Shown piece after piece: positions 1 through 11,779 of a DNA stretch of 64,000 nucleotides. The position numbers and the translations under genes were made by a program. The stretch's first letter is position 1. The number at the start of each line of letters is the position of its first letter. Where the stretch lies: the NCBI GenBank assembly GCA_965287045.1, contig OZ336879.1, positions 35,588,001-35,652,000 on the forward strand. Direction: 5' to 3'. Under the pieces are notes generated by a model. The model did not search any database. It saw only the letters and a program-made list of their open reading frames with translations, and was not told where the DNA came from. This stretch comes from Carcharhinus amblyrhynchos (lineage: Eukaryota).

Positions 1-180
1 ACACAATATGTACTTACATACATTGCACACAGACTAGACACAAGTGTGGTAGATATTCTTCACATACACAATAACAATGCACAAACACCATACGTATGTT
101 ATATTTACATACAAGCTCTATGTCCACGCATTATACTCAAACATTATGCACCCACACGTGACATATGTGGTATACACACA
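1..180. repeat. Degenerate (AC/AT)-rich simple repeat
   Basis: Repeated acac/atac/acat motifs; a similar tract lies at 900-1030. Confidence 0.6.
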
Positions 181-1209
181 TTAAGCTTGACTTTACTAGC
201 CCTTGGAGAATTGGCTGGGAGGTAAGGGGGCCAAAAAGGGCCAAGGGTTTCAGTGGGTTGCGAGTCCTCCTTCCATTGCCATGCCATCTTACTAATAGTG
301 AGGGATGGGGGGACAGCCTCCCAGTCCAGAAGCTAATCAAGCTAATTAATTAAATTAACTTAATTAAATTAATTAAATAATTGGCTAATTAAGTGCCTCT
401 TCCCATGGCACTAGCATTTTTCTGGCAGCTGGTGGGTCTTCTGCCCTGTGAGCAGGAACCACTGGTGAAATCCAGTGGCTTTACCTGCAGACTCAGGAGG
501 GTCCTCCTATTTGGGTACTCTGTGGTCCAGCAATGGTCTTCCCCATGGCAACAACGTCACCTGCTCTCACCAAATCCTGTCTCCCTGTTGCTATGCAGCA
601 TTTTGCCTGACTGACCCCCGTGCCCTCAGACCCCACGCACCTTGGTTGGGAAGGCGTTCTACTTTTCATCCTCTTCTTTCAGGCGCAGTCCCATGCTCCT
701 GACGGTGCTGCTAGGACTGCCCAACTGCTAATTGCCTGGCAGTTCCTGGGGGCAGACAGCCATTCCTTAAAGCAGCTCCCATTATTATTTACCTGACCCC
801 TGAAAAATCCAGCCATACGGTCTTGCAAATGGCCAAAGCAGAGCTGCCTCTAGCTTTCTGGCCTGTTGTTGGAACCCCCACTGCAGCAATAAAATTCATC
901 ACACTATTCACACATGTACTATATTATACACATACTATAGGCATCGATTATATACACAGACATACATTATATATGCACACACATTATATGTGCACACACA
1001 TTATGTGTGCACATACAAACTACACGTACTGTTCACAAATGAAAGAAGTAGTTACATAATTTGTGAATTATACCAGGGAAATGCTGCATTAACATGTTGC
1101 AAAGTAACCAAAAATGAGTTTGAAAAGCCAGTGAACTAAATCTGCAGCAAGTCAGAAACATCTTCTAAAGTTTAATGCTTCTCTGCTGGAACTGCCAGGC
1201 AATTAGCTA

Positions 1210-1388
1210 AGATGTCCAAAAATGTGCGGGTTAGATTGATTGACCATGCTAAATTGCCCCTAGTGTCAGGGGGATTAGCAGGGTAACATGTGGGGCTACA
1301 GAAATAGGGCCTAAGTGGGATTGCAGTTGGTGCAGACTCAATGGGCCGAATGGCCTCCTTCTGTACTCTAGGGTTTCTATGATTCTAA
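1210..1388 (+). mobile_element. HE1-type SINE, 3' part
   Basis: V-domain end (gtccaaaaatgtgcgggttagattgattgaccatgctaaattgcccc), then CR1-derived tail (atgggccgaatggcctccttctgtac...ttctatgattcta). Confidence 0.85.
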
Positions 1389-1933
1389 CAATATAACAAC
1401 ATCACAGCATTCAATGCATTTCAATGGTGGTGGAAAAAAACACAAAAAGCAACGTGGATTTCAATTTTTGGATAACCACGTTGAGCTGGGTATCTGCACC
1501 TCACCTGAACTTGCTGTATCACTCACACCTAAACAACAGCAATATTGTTGTTTTGACAACAAAATTTAGGTCAATATGATTTACTGCAATGTTTGCCCAT
1601 GTTTCAGTTTTAGGTTTAAAAGCAGCATGGCTCTGACTGAACACTGATGAGCCCATCATTACTTGGATGAGGTATGTTATACATCAGGATTTTTATGATG
1701 TGCAGACACAAATATATGAATTATATATTCAGTAACTCAATCTAAGCAAACGCTGAACATAAAACAAGCAGAAAAACTGGACAAGTAGCGCAACATGAAA
1801 GGAAAAACAGGGAATGCATGTCCAATAATTAAATTTTGTTTTTAACATAGTAAGACACCTCAACTTTATATGAGAAAATTTTGAGAATCTTACACATTGA
1901 GGTACAGTAACTGACAAACAAAATATACAGTTT

Positions 1934-1968
1934 GCTCAGAAGATGAAACTCAGTTTCATCTTCTGAGC
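1934..1968. repeat. Perfect inverted repeat, 17-bp arms with a 1-nt spacer
   Basis: gctcagaagatgaaact-c-agtttcatcttctgagc; the arms are exact reverse complements. Confidence 0.95.
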
Positions 1969-2009
1969 TCTTTTTCTACTCTGGATTCAAAGGCTGAAGC
2001 CCACCCTTC

Positions 2010-2755
2010 ATAAACATTCTCTCTACACCTACCCCTCATACACACACTCTCTCTCTCCCCCACCCTCCATACACACTCTCTTTACCCCCCACCCCCCATC
2101 ACTTGTGCAAACTTCCCCTTCCCTCTATTCCTCATGCACACTCTTGCTTCCTGTCTATCCCTTGCACATACCTCACCATGGGGGGGGTGAAAAAGGAAAG
2201 TGAGAAGGAGGGTGAGGTGGGAGGGTGAGATTGAGGGAGGGATTGTGGAAGGGGGAATGAGGGAGGGGGAGTTGGGGATGAGGGAATATTGGGGATGAGA
2301 GAGAGAGATAGATTGGGGGATGAAGGACAGAGGTTGGGGTGAGGGAGGGTTTTGGGAGAGATGATGAGATGAGGGAGAATGGGGATGATGGAGGGGGATT
2401 GGGGATGAGGGGAGATTGGGGATGAGGGAGTGGGTTTTTGGGGTGAGGGACAGGGGATGGGGCGATGTTTAGAGATGGGTTTAGAGAGTGAGAGAAGGGC
2501 AATGTGGTGAGAAAGGAATGGGGTGAAGAGGGATCTGGTAAAGAAGGGGAGATGGGATGAGAGAGGAATGGGTTGAGGAAGGGGAGGATGGGGTGAGAGG
2601 AATGGAGGGTGAGGAAGGGGATTGGGCGTCAGAGAATGGAATGGGTGAGGGAGAGGGATTTAGAGTGCGGGGAAATGGGATGAATCAAGGAGGGATTATT
2701 GGACAGTTGAAGAAGAGGGGATTGGCGTGAGGGAGGAGAGGGTGAGGGAGGGGTT
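2010..2755. repeat. Pyrimidine-rich then purine/G-rich low-complexity tract
   Basis: C/T-rich at 2010-2170, then G/A-rich (gggatgagg, gagggag) at 2180-2755; source of the spurious Pro/Ser-rich ORFs. Confidence 0.8.
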
Positions 2756-3199
2756 AATGGCTGCAATCCTGTTTCCTGCTGTCTGGACCTGGGATTTAGT
2801 GGTGTGCATCTGTAATTCCAGCCTGCCCACATAAAGCTGCTGGAGGTCATGCTTTCTCACATTTGAACTCCCACACACTGGGTACAAACCACTGCTGCAT
2901 GTGTCAGAACTACAACTCCCATCACCATGGGGCTGTGTCTACCCCTAGTTCCATACTGACAATTCTCACTGTGCAGATGCTTGGCCACATGCAGCATGGG
3001 TAATGTGGTTCTGAACATGAATGTTTCCATAGCCCCTGTGCAGGACCAAGAGTTGCGATGGATCAAATAATTCCCACCCCCTCATCCATGCTGTTTGGGA
3101 ATAGTGATTACCTTTTCAATTGTGGGTGGAGTTTGCAATATATGCCTGTACCCGATTGGCTGTGAGTGATGTGAATCAAAGGTCTTGCATTTTGGGGCC

Positions 3200-3620
3200 T
3201 GTTATATATTAAGTGTTATATATCTAACCTTAAGGTAAAAGGTTACATTATGGTCAATGTAGACCTGAGTGGACAAATAGCAAAGTAGTATCTCTGTGCG
3301 GTCCATGGTCATTTTGCAGCTCTATTTGGGAGATCTTGGTTGGAGAAGATAAAGCTTAACTGGAGTGTTGTCATCAGATTGGTCAATGTCAAAATAGACC
3401 TACAGTACCTTCTGAATAACTACAAGAGTATATTCAATGAGACAATTGGACTAATGCAGAGAGGTCAAGTGAAATTCAAGTTAAAGTCTAATCATCGACT
3501 AAAAAGTTTCAAAGAGCAGTGTCATGTATAATTCATTCAAGGTGAAAGAAGAATTAGTGTGAATTGTTCACACTAGTGTATTAGAGCCAGTGAGCTACCC
3601 CCATCATAGCTGTCATGAAA
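3200..3620 (+). mobile_element. Gypsy LTR retrotransposon pol fragment (protease C-terminus to RT start), decayed
   Basis: Translates LFGRSWLEKIKLNW...LLNNYKSIF...KEEL...VLEPV, matching the Gypsy LLGRDWL..IKLNW and V+EEL.RL...G++EPV region; stops and frameshifts present. Confidence 0.75.
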
Positions 3621-3674
3621 CTTCTATCAAATTACTAAACAGTCCAAGTTTTCAACTCACTTTTTGTATTCAGT

Positions 3675-4000
3675 TAGAATCATAGAATCCCTACAATGCA
3701 GAAGGAGACCATTCGACCCAGCAAGCCTCCACCAACACCAATCCTACCCAGGCTGTATCGCTGTAATCGCACATATTTACTGCTAATCCCCCTGACATTA
3801 AGGGGCAATTTAGCTTAGCCAATCAACTTAACCCACGCATCCACACATCTTTGGAATGTGGGAGGAAACCGGAACAGCTGGAGGAAACTCACACAGACAC
3901 TGGGAGAATATGCAAATGCCACACAGACAGTCATCCAAGGCTGGAATTGAATCCGGTTCCCTGGAAGTATTAGGCAGTAGTGCTAAACTGTGCCATTGTG
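3675..4000 (-). mobile_element. HE1-type SINE, near full length
   Basis: On the minus strand: tRNA-derived head with A/B-box remnants, V-domain and (ATTCTATG) tail. Confidence 0.9.
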
Positions 4001-4864
4001 TTTCAACAGATATTATTCTCAAGGTAGAGTACAGAGATATATTCAGACACAGTAACCCACAAAACATATCTGCAAAGAAGTAAGATATCTGACAAATTCA
4101 TCAGGCAGGAAAGAAATTGCGCAGTAGCAGAGTTATGACCGAAAATCCAAATCTCAATGGTCTGTTGAAACACAGTCAGAAGCAGAGGAAGACTCAAAGC
4201 AATGAGTCACAAACATACTGAAAGAATGATTCACACATCACTAAAGAAAACCATCAGGCAGAAACCAAATACATTATATAAAATCTTCATCAACTATATT
4301 AAATACTTGGCGATTATAACCCTTGGTGATTTTATAACCAACATTAATCTTTCAGTTATCGCACAATGATAACCTATAGTTCTTGATGTGACTGTCTACT
4401 AGAATGCCTACTGTTAGTGCAAGGCACAAAATGGAACAAAAACATCCCAATTATTTACTTAGTAATTCATAAAAAATGTGAACAAACAGAAATATTCCCA
4501 AGGCTATGATCCTATCACAAGTGCCGAAGACTGTTAGAAAAACCTTTGCACTTCACTTTGTGACATTCAGCTTTATGGCATTATCTGAATTGATGAGATT
4601 ATTATCTTGCAATTGCTCCCAGATAGGGTTTCCTCTCTCCAAGACAGGTAACATTTATACTGCTCTCAGCTGACATTACATTAGAATATGTAATCAATTC
4701 ATTTTCAGGAATCAGCACATGGCACACTGGGAACACACTGGGATCAACGTACAGATCACCCTGTGTCAGCAGCTCCTGGGGATTTCTCATTATCCTTAAT
4801 GAAAGGATCACAATGAAGGAAAAAGACAGGGGAAAGGTCACAAGACAGAACTGTAATTGCGGAT

Positions 4865-4982
4865 TAGGGAGGAATTTTCCCTCCTGCCATGGGAATCGTA
4901 GTGGGTGAGGTAGCGGACCATGAAAATGTCCACTGACCTCAGGTATGACTTTCCAGTTCTGGGGCAAATGTGGCTGGAAAAG
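4865..4982. mobile_element. Short (~120 bp) MITE
   Basis: gggaggaattttcc...ggaaaa termini; internal similarity to the copies at 6616, 12567 and 57429. Confidence 0.55.
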
Positions 4983-5605
4983 CTGTATATTTGGAGCTTC
5001 TGAAGAGAAGAGCATTGTGTTTGGATGTGGATGGATATCCTCCAATGAAAAGAATTGCTGGAGGGATACGGATAGAAATAGCTAAAAGAATTGGTGCTGT
5101 TTCACTTTTAACAGTTAAGAAACCTGTATAAGGTTGCTTAGTGTGCACAACTTTCAGAATTTTATCATCTATTTTACAGTGTATGTTAACTATGCTTCAT
5201 TTCAGGCTTGATGGAGTATCGTAGAGAAGAATGTTCAGCACAGAAACAGCTGTTCACCTACTTCCCAAATATACATCCTCTCCATGCTTGTGTAAGGTAT
5301 TCAGTATTGCTGCCATAATGCATTTGATCTATTAAATGTTGCAGGCAAATTAATCCTTGCACATTGTCAAAGTCAAGGAGCTAGAACTTGATCCATTTAG
5401 GTACAAGGTCACATTTCAAAAGTTGATCATACCCGTTGCTGGAGAGGTAGAAAGCACACAAATTTGTTGTTGGCACCTCAGTTAACCGACAGCAGCATTG
5501 GTCCAAGCTACGCCCACGCTCCTGGCTACCTTAGAAGGTGACCAAACACACAGTACAGCTAGCCTGCATTTCCTAAAAGCAGCTGGTCCTCTTAAAAGGA
5601 AGCTG

Positions 5606-5816
5606 TAAAGGTAAAGCTGTCTTTGTCCCAGATGACCACAGGCTGCTTTCGCCTTTCAGGGAGAGAGCTGACTGGTGGTGGTTTAACCTAAGGATCATCA
5701 CACCTCAGGTGAGGGGTAAGGCCATGAATAGTCTTAGCTGGCACAGAAATTGAACCAATTGTGTTGCTGTGACTCTGCATCACAAACCAGTTGTCTAGCC
5801 AACTGAGCTAACTGAC
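5606..5816 (-). mobile_element. tRNA-derived SINE (not HE1)
   Basis: Minus strand begins gttagctcagttggctaga (A box)...ggttcaatt (B box) and ends in a (CTTTA)-like tail. Confidence 0.75.
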
Positions 5817-5819
5817 TAC

Positions 5820-6520
5820 AAAAGGCAAAAGATGGGGCTCCCAGACACCAGAAATCTTAATCATGAAGTTGTACTAGAGAGTAGAGAGGTCATAGTTCTG
5901 TGGAAGGCTAGGAGGCCCTCAAGGAATATTCTCAGGAAGAAGTGGGAGTAGGGGACCAGGGCAGAAGTCTGATGAGTATATGTGGGTTGTTAAAGTTAAT
6001 GAATAACATGACATTTCTGACCCACCACGCTCCATTACTCACCCACTAGCTGTTCCTAACACTCAAGCAACATGCCTAGCATCAAAATGCTCAACTCAAA
6101 TTCACACACATTCCGATGATATCAGCCCCACTCCCAACTGATGCTGTTTCCATATACTTCAGCTGTTTAGCTGTGGCAAGCACCCCACCCAAACACAATG
6201 CTACATAACCATTGACATCCTACCCCCTCTCTTTCAGAATGAGTGTGTGAATGTTTTTGTGTGTGAATGTCTGTGTGTGTGTGTCAGTGTCCGTGTGTGT
6301 AAATGTCTCTGTGTGTGTCAAGTCTGTGTGTGTGTGTGTGTGTGTGTAAATGTCTGCATGTGTGTGTCTGTGTGTGTGTGAATGTCTGTGTGTGTGTGTC
6401 TCTGTGTGTGAATGTAGTAGAAGAAATGGCAGCAAAACTAGTAAGGGACAGGAATGCCTGCATTTTGCGGAAGAGGAGAGTTCTCCATGTCATGGGGAGA
6501 CAAAGTCCAAAGTATCTGGC
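5820..6520 (+). pseudogene. Harbinger Myb/SANT-like gene remnant
   Basis: VLESREVIVLWKARRPSRNILRKKWE* (SANT helix region) and, downstream, RRNGSKTSKGQECLH/EERVLHVMG, resembling the NRRE..RTGGG...L..L...EE.VL motif; a (TG)n tract lies between. Confidence 0.55.
6240..6415. repeat. Interrupted (TG)n microsatellite
   Basis: Long gtgtgt runs with tc/aa interruptions. Confidence 0.95.
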
Positions 6521-6615
6521 ATAACTGAAATCATTAAGAACGATACTACTTTAATGCCTTATGCCCCTTCTTAACTCTCAGTTTACCCTCATTTTACTAT
6601 CTGACATGGGGTGGG

Positions 6616-6745
6616 GGGGCAGGATTTTCCAGCCTTGCTCAACCCTAGACCGGAAAATCCCACCCAAGATCGACGGGCATTTCCATTATCTGCTCCTCAC
6701 ACACTCTGATTCCATGATGTGTGGGGTGGTAGAATTCTGGCAGCA
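6616..6745. mobile_element. Short MITE
   Basis: ggggcaggattttcc ... tagaattctggc termini; same family as 12567-12692. Confidence 0.6.
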
Positions 6746-8111
6746 GTGTGGAAACTGCAGACGTTATGATCATGATCACTTGCTTTCCTCTGCCACACAA
6801 TTCTCTGGACATTGAGGGTGAGCAAATGGAAAGTGGCAAATGGCGAAGTCTCTAGAATCGCTTTACACCTGTTAATGCCTTGACAATTCACTGATGTAAT
6901 TCCAAAGGGGTCAGGTAATGTACAAGCTGTGTCAACAACAATATCAATATCTGGGGCATCTGAAGTTGCAAGATCCAGGACAAGGAGATACCACTTCTAC
7001 CTTCTAAAGCTACAGAATTAAACCCAACCGCCAACTGCTTTACTTCCTTTCTCCACTAGGGAAACAGAAGCACACATAAATATAAAGCAATCAGCATATA
7101 CTATCATAAAAGGGAGGAATTGTAATAAAACATGTTAAACACACATCCACGTCCTCGTGGGACGAATAAAATTTGAGTTATTTGTTCATCTAAGCTTGTT
7201 GAGTTAATGGTGGAATCTGCAGGTTTGTCTTATAATTCCTCCCTCAGGCCTATTCTGTCACAGCTTATTACTACTTCTCTTTCATAACCTGTTGCATCGT
7301 AATATCACGATGCAAAGTGATGTTGTGTGGTGTACAAATGGCTACAATGAGATTAGATATCTTAGCAGACTAAACTGCAAGAAGTCTACTAACTGGTTAA
7401 CATATGTAAAGCTTTTTACAGCATTCCTATGCATGCTTCACTCAGACTCTGATGACCGCATGTACTTCAATCTATCTCCTCCCTGGCTTAGTCACAAGTG
7501 CAGTCTCTAATACATTACTATAATCCCCTAGAAATCATCCGTCTCATCTTCCTGATCCTCCAAATATTACTGGCAATATTAAGGGCCCTATTTTACCATT
7601 TTGATTCTAAGTTCTGGGCAGGCTTGAAATTGGGAGTGTTTCAGATCCAAGTTTTAGACCTGTTCTCAGGTGCCTCCATATTCGCTCTGCCTCCAAAACT
7701 TTCAGCGAGTCTGAATCACACTGCACAAGCCTGTGGGCGGGACTTAACACACCCGAAACCCTGCAGCGCTGATTGATGCTTCCAACTGTGCATGCGCAGA
7801 AGAAAAAGATACTCCCCTGCTGCATCATTCCTGAGCCAGATAATGCCTCCCCCCATCCCTCACAGACATTGCCTCACCCCCACAATGCTACTGACCCTTT
7901 TTCCACCCCACCCCCCCGCAACATCAATCATGGGCCCCTCCCCCCTTCACCCCCATTGATCTCAGGCAGAATGCCAGAGGATCCCCCTACCCCCCTCTTC
8001 TCTGATCTCAGGCAAAGTGATCCATCCTCCCCCTTCCCACACACCAATCTCAGATAGAATGGCAGCAGAACCCCCTTCCCCTCTGCCGATCTCAGGCAGA
8101 GTGGCAGCAGA

Positions 8112-10106
8112 CTGGACACTGGGGTGGTTCCCACAGATTGGAAAACAGCAAATGTGATGCCACTGTTTAAAAAAAGAGGTAGACAAAAGACAGGTAACCA
8201 TAAGCCGATTAGCTTAACTTCTGTAATAGGGAAAATGCTTGAATCTATCATCAAGGAAGAAATAGCGAGACATCGGGATATAAACTTTCCCACTGCTAAA
8301 ATGCAGCATGGGTTCATGAAGGGCGGGCCCTTCAGTGTTTGACTAGTTTAGTGGAATTCTTTGAGAACATTACATGCAGAGTGGACAATGAGGAACCTGT
8401 GGATGTGGTGTATCTGGATTTCCAGAAGGCATTTGACAAGATGCCGCATCAAAGGCTGGTGGATAAGATAAAGGTGCACGATGTTACAGGCAGTGTATTA
8501 CCATGGATAGAGGATTGGTTAACTAACAGAAAGCAAAGAGTGGGGGTAAATGGGTGTTTTTCTGGTTGGCTAGTGGTGTGCCTCAGGGATCAGTGTTGGG
8601 ACCACAATTGTTTATGACTTACATAGATGATTTGGAGTTGAAGACCAAGTGTAGTCAGTCAAAATTCACAGATGACACTCAGAAGAGCGGCAGAGCAAAA
8701 TGTACAGAGGACGTTGAAAGTCTGCAAAGGGATATAGATAGTCTAAATGAGTGGTGAGGGTCTGGCAGATGGAGTACAATGTTGGTAAATGTGAGGTCAT
8801 CCATTTTAGTAGGAATAACAGCAAAATAAAATTTTATTAACCATTATTTAAATGGTAAAAAATTGCACATGCTGCTGTGCAGAAGGACTTGGGTGTCCTT
8901 GTGCAAGAATCACAAGGAGTTGGTTTGCAGTTGCAGCGGATAATGAAGAAGGCAAATGGAATTTTGCCCTTCATTGCTAGAGGGATGGAGTTTAAAAACA
9001 GTAAGGTATAAAGTGCTGGTGAGGCCCCATCTGGAGTACTTTGTATAGTTTTGGTCTCCTTACTTGAGAAAGGATATACTGGCACTGGAGGGGGTGCAGA
9101 GGAGATTCACGAGGTTGATTCCAGATTTGAAAGAGTTGGCTCACAAAGAACAAAGAACAAAAACAGCCCGGGAAACAGGCCCTTCGGCCCAATGAGCCCG
9201 CGCCGCCATTTTAACATTACCAGTCCCCCCCCTCCACCCATGACCCTTATCTATTGTTTTATGGCAATCCACATCGAGTGAAACTAATTTAGGGACAATT
9301 TATTACTTCCAATCAACCTAATAGCACATCTTTGGGGTGTGGGAGGAAACCGGAGCACCCGGAGAAAACCCACGCAAGCACGGGGAGAATGCGCAAACTC
9401 CCACAGACGCTGGCCCAAATCCATGTGTCTGCACAGCAAATAGTGATAGCTACTGAGCTGTCGTGTTGCCCAGCATCTGGTCCAGTTTAAGCGTACACTA
9501 ACGACATGAAGCACTAGGCCACTCTCGAACATTCAAGAGCAGCCCAAGTACGACCCATCGCGTGTAAACCCCTCGTTGGACAACAAGGCAGACCGACTTA
9601 AAACCTGTGAATTAAAAGAGAAAAACATTATTATCATACCACATCCTTTTACATTACCAGGGAGGAGAGACTGAGTAGACTGGGGCTATACTCATTGGAA
9701 TTCAGAAGAATGAGGGGAGATCTTATAGAAACATATGAGATTATTAAAGAAATAGATAAGAAAGAAGCAGTGAAGTCATTTCCACTGGTGGGTGAAACTA
9801 GAACTAGGGGGCAGGCCTCAAAATAAGGGGGAGCAGATTTAGAACTGAGTTGAGGAGGAATTTCTTCACACAAAGGGTTGAGAGTCAGTGGAATTCCCTG
9901 CCCAGTGAAGCAGTTGAGGCTATCTCATTGAATGTTTTTAAGTCAAGGATAGATAAATTTTTGACCAGTAAAGGAATTAAGGGTTATGGTGAGTGGACAG
10001 ATAAGTGGAGCTGAGTCCACGAAAAGATCAGCCATGATCTTATTGAATGGCGGAGCAGGCTCATGGGGCCAGATGGCCTACTCCTGCTCCCAGTTCTTAT
10101 GTTCTT
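8112..10106 (+). mobile_element. 5'-truncated CR1 LINE (RT domain and 3' UTR), frameshifted
   Basis: ORF pieces VPTDWKTANVMPLFKK..GNHKPISLTSVIGKMLESII, YLDFQKAFDKMPHQRL, SGVPQGSVLGPQLF and KFTDDT; 3' UTR ends gatggcctactcctgctcc...ttcttatgttctt. Confidence 0.95.
9142..9661 (-). mobile_element. Composite SINE-like retroposon: unique 5' extension, degenerate tRNA head, V-domain, CR1-type tail
   Basis: Interrupts the CR1 between gagttggct and gaggagagactgag. V-domain at about 9285-9415; tail ...gggccgaagggcctgtttcc...ttgttctttgttctttg on the minus strand. Confidence 0.8.
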
Positions 10107-11342
10107 AGACCACCCCCCTTAGATTGATCATAGGCAGAGTAACAGTGGACCCCCTTCCCCCCTCCACTGATCACAGGCAGAGTGACAGCGAACCCTTCTT
10201 TGCCTCCCCCACTGATTTCAAGCAGAGAGCTGTTGGGCCCACCTTCCCTCCCCTTCCCCCACCAATCTCCAGCAGAAAGCTGTTGGACTCTAGGCACTTA
10301 CCTCCTCACTAACCCTCACTGGTGGAGTGCCTGAATCTGATTTATATGGGACATGTCTGTTTTGCGCCAATTCTAGATGGGCGAATGTGGTTCTAAAGGG
10401 GGAAGTGCCATTAAGATTGGACGTGCAGCCCATTAAGTCATTTTAAATGCATGCAAATGCATTTAAATGGCTGTCATCCCAATCGCAGTCATTTTTAGGC
10501 CTTGGTAAAGCGGTGTAGAGGCAGGCACAGGTCACATGACTCACCTCACGCCTGACTTTACCAAGTTTTCGCGCCTGAAAATGGGTGATAAGCGATGGTA
10601 AAATCAGGCCCTAAATGTCATTAAATAAATTACAGCAGTTGTCAGAACATCAGGTATTAACATGAAGGTTTCTGGACCTAGGGTCATAAACCAGCTGCCT
10701 AGACATGGAGTGCAGTCGCCTTCCATTGATGAAGAGAATGGCAATTGGACACAAACTCATTTGGTAATCAATAATATTCTTTACATCAGTGAATCCAGCA
10801 AGATTGTACAAGTGTAAGGCTCCATTGTTATGCTTGGTTATTATCCCAAATAAGTTAATGAACTTCCTAACTGAGGCCAATGTATTTGTATCAACATCAT
10901 TCACTGTTGATTTTTGACAGATAGTTCTTGCTCCTGCTTGGAAAAAACTAGCGGCAAACAAAAAATTCAAACTAGGTTCAACCTTTACAGTCACCAGGAA
11001 AGCTATCCCAATCCTTTCTGTCACCTCATGCTCTGCCTAGAGGAGACTACATACTTTTATCACAGTCTGCCCTGAAAATTGTAATGTCTGCCTAAAGATC
11101 TCTGGACATATTCAATGGAAGGACTTTAACCTGTAGCAGGTAGTGGGATAAGATCAAGCCAATTTTGAACATGCTGTTTCATATGTCCTCTGACAATTTT
11201 CCAGAGCCAGTTGGATAATCATAGCTGCTACTGAGGTTCCAGCTATTTCAAGATTGCTTAGCAAATATCACCGTCAATGGAAGGAGGAGAGGCTTTCAAG
11301 CGCAAGAAGGCAAGCAGTAAGCTTAAATTGATGCAGCTATAA

Positions 11343-11628
11343 AATCATAGAATCAGTACAGTTCAGAAGAAGGCCATTCAGCCCATCAAGCCTGCACTGA
11401 CAACAATCCGACCCATGCCCTATCTTCGTAACCCCATGTATTTATTCTGCAAATTCCCCTGACACTAAGAGGCAATTTATCATGGCCAATCAACAGAAAC
11501 TGCACATCTTTGGACTGTGGGAGGAAATTGGAGCACCTGGAGGAGAGCCACACAGACACTAGGAGAATGTACAAACTCCACACAGGGAGTCACCTGAGGC
11601 TGAAATTGAACCTGTGCCACCGTGCCAC
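11343..11628 (-). mobile_element. HE1-type SINE with partly deleted head
   Basis: aatcatagaatc tail, V-domain, gtgccaccgtgcc end. Confidence 0.9.
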
Positions 11629-11779
11629 CTATGGAAGGGGAGCAGTGCAAAAGAAGACATAGATACGTTGTGAGTGAACACTGTGAACCATGTGCCACCT
11701 ATTAATTATTCAATGAAATAAGTATTATCAAGTAACTATTCAATGAAATAAGAAATTTGTATTGAAAAAAGGCAATACA

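Larger units (their letters stand above)
7583..10611. mobile_element. Non-autonomous PIF/Harbinger element (~1 kb) interrupted by a CR1 LINE
   Basis: TIRs GGGCCCTATTTTACCAT (7583) and ATGGTAAAATCAGGCCC (ends 10611); TAA target duplication at 7580-7582 and 10612-10614; an internal tandem unit (gatctcaggcagag...cccc) continues on both sides of the CR1. Confidence 0.85.

Noticed and set aside
4602-5045. 147-aa minus-strand ORF
   Set aside because: It crosses a MITE and has no homology I can recognise.
8124-8757. Reverse transcriptase as an active or novel RT system
   Set aside because: It is an ordinary CR1 ORF2: 5'-truncated, frameshifted and with an altered catalytic motif (FTDD).
10650-11024. 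124-aa minus-strand ORF in unique sequence
   Set aside because: Non-ATG start, no recognisable motif and no convincing splice sites.
11205-11316. Possible 112-nt plus-strand exon (ttccag ... gca|gtaagc) with one open frame
   Set aside because: The peptide is unrecognised, the pyrimidine tract is weak and no partner exons were found; compatible with chance.
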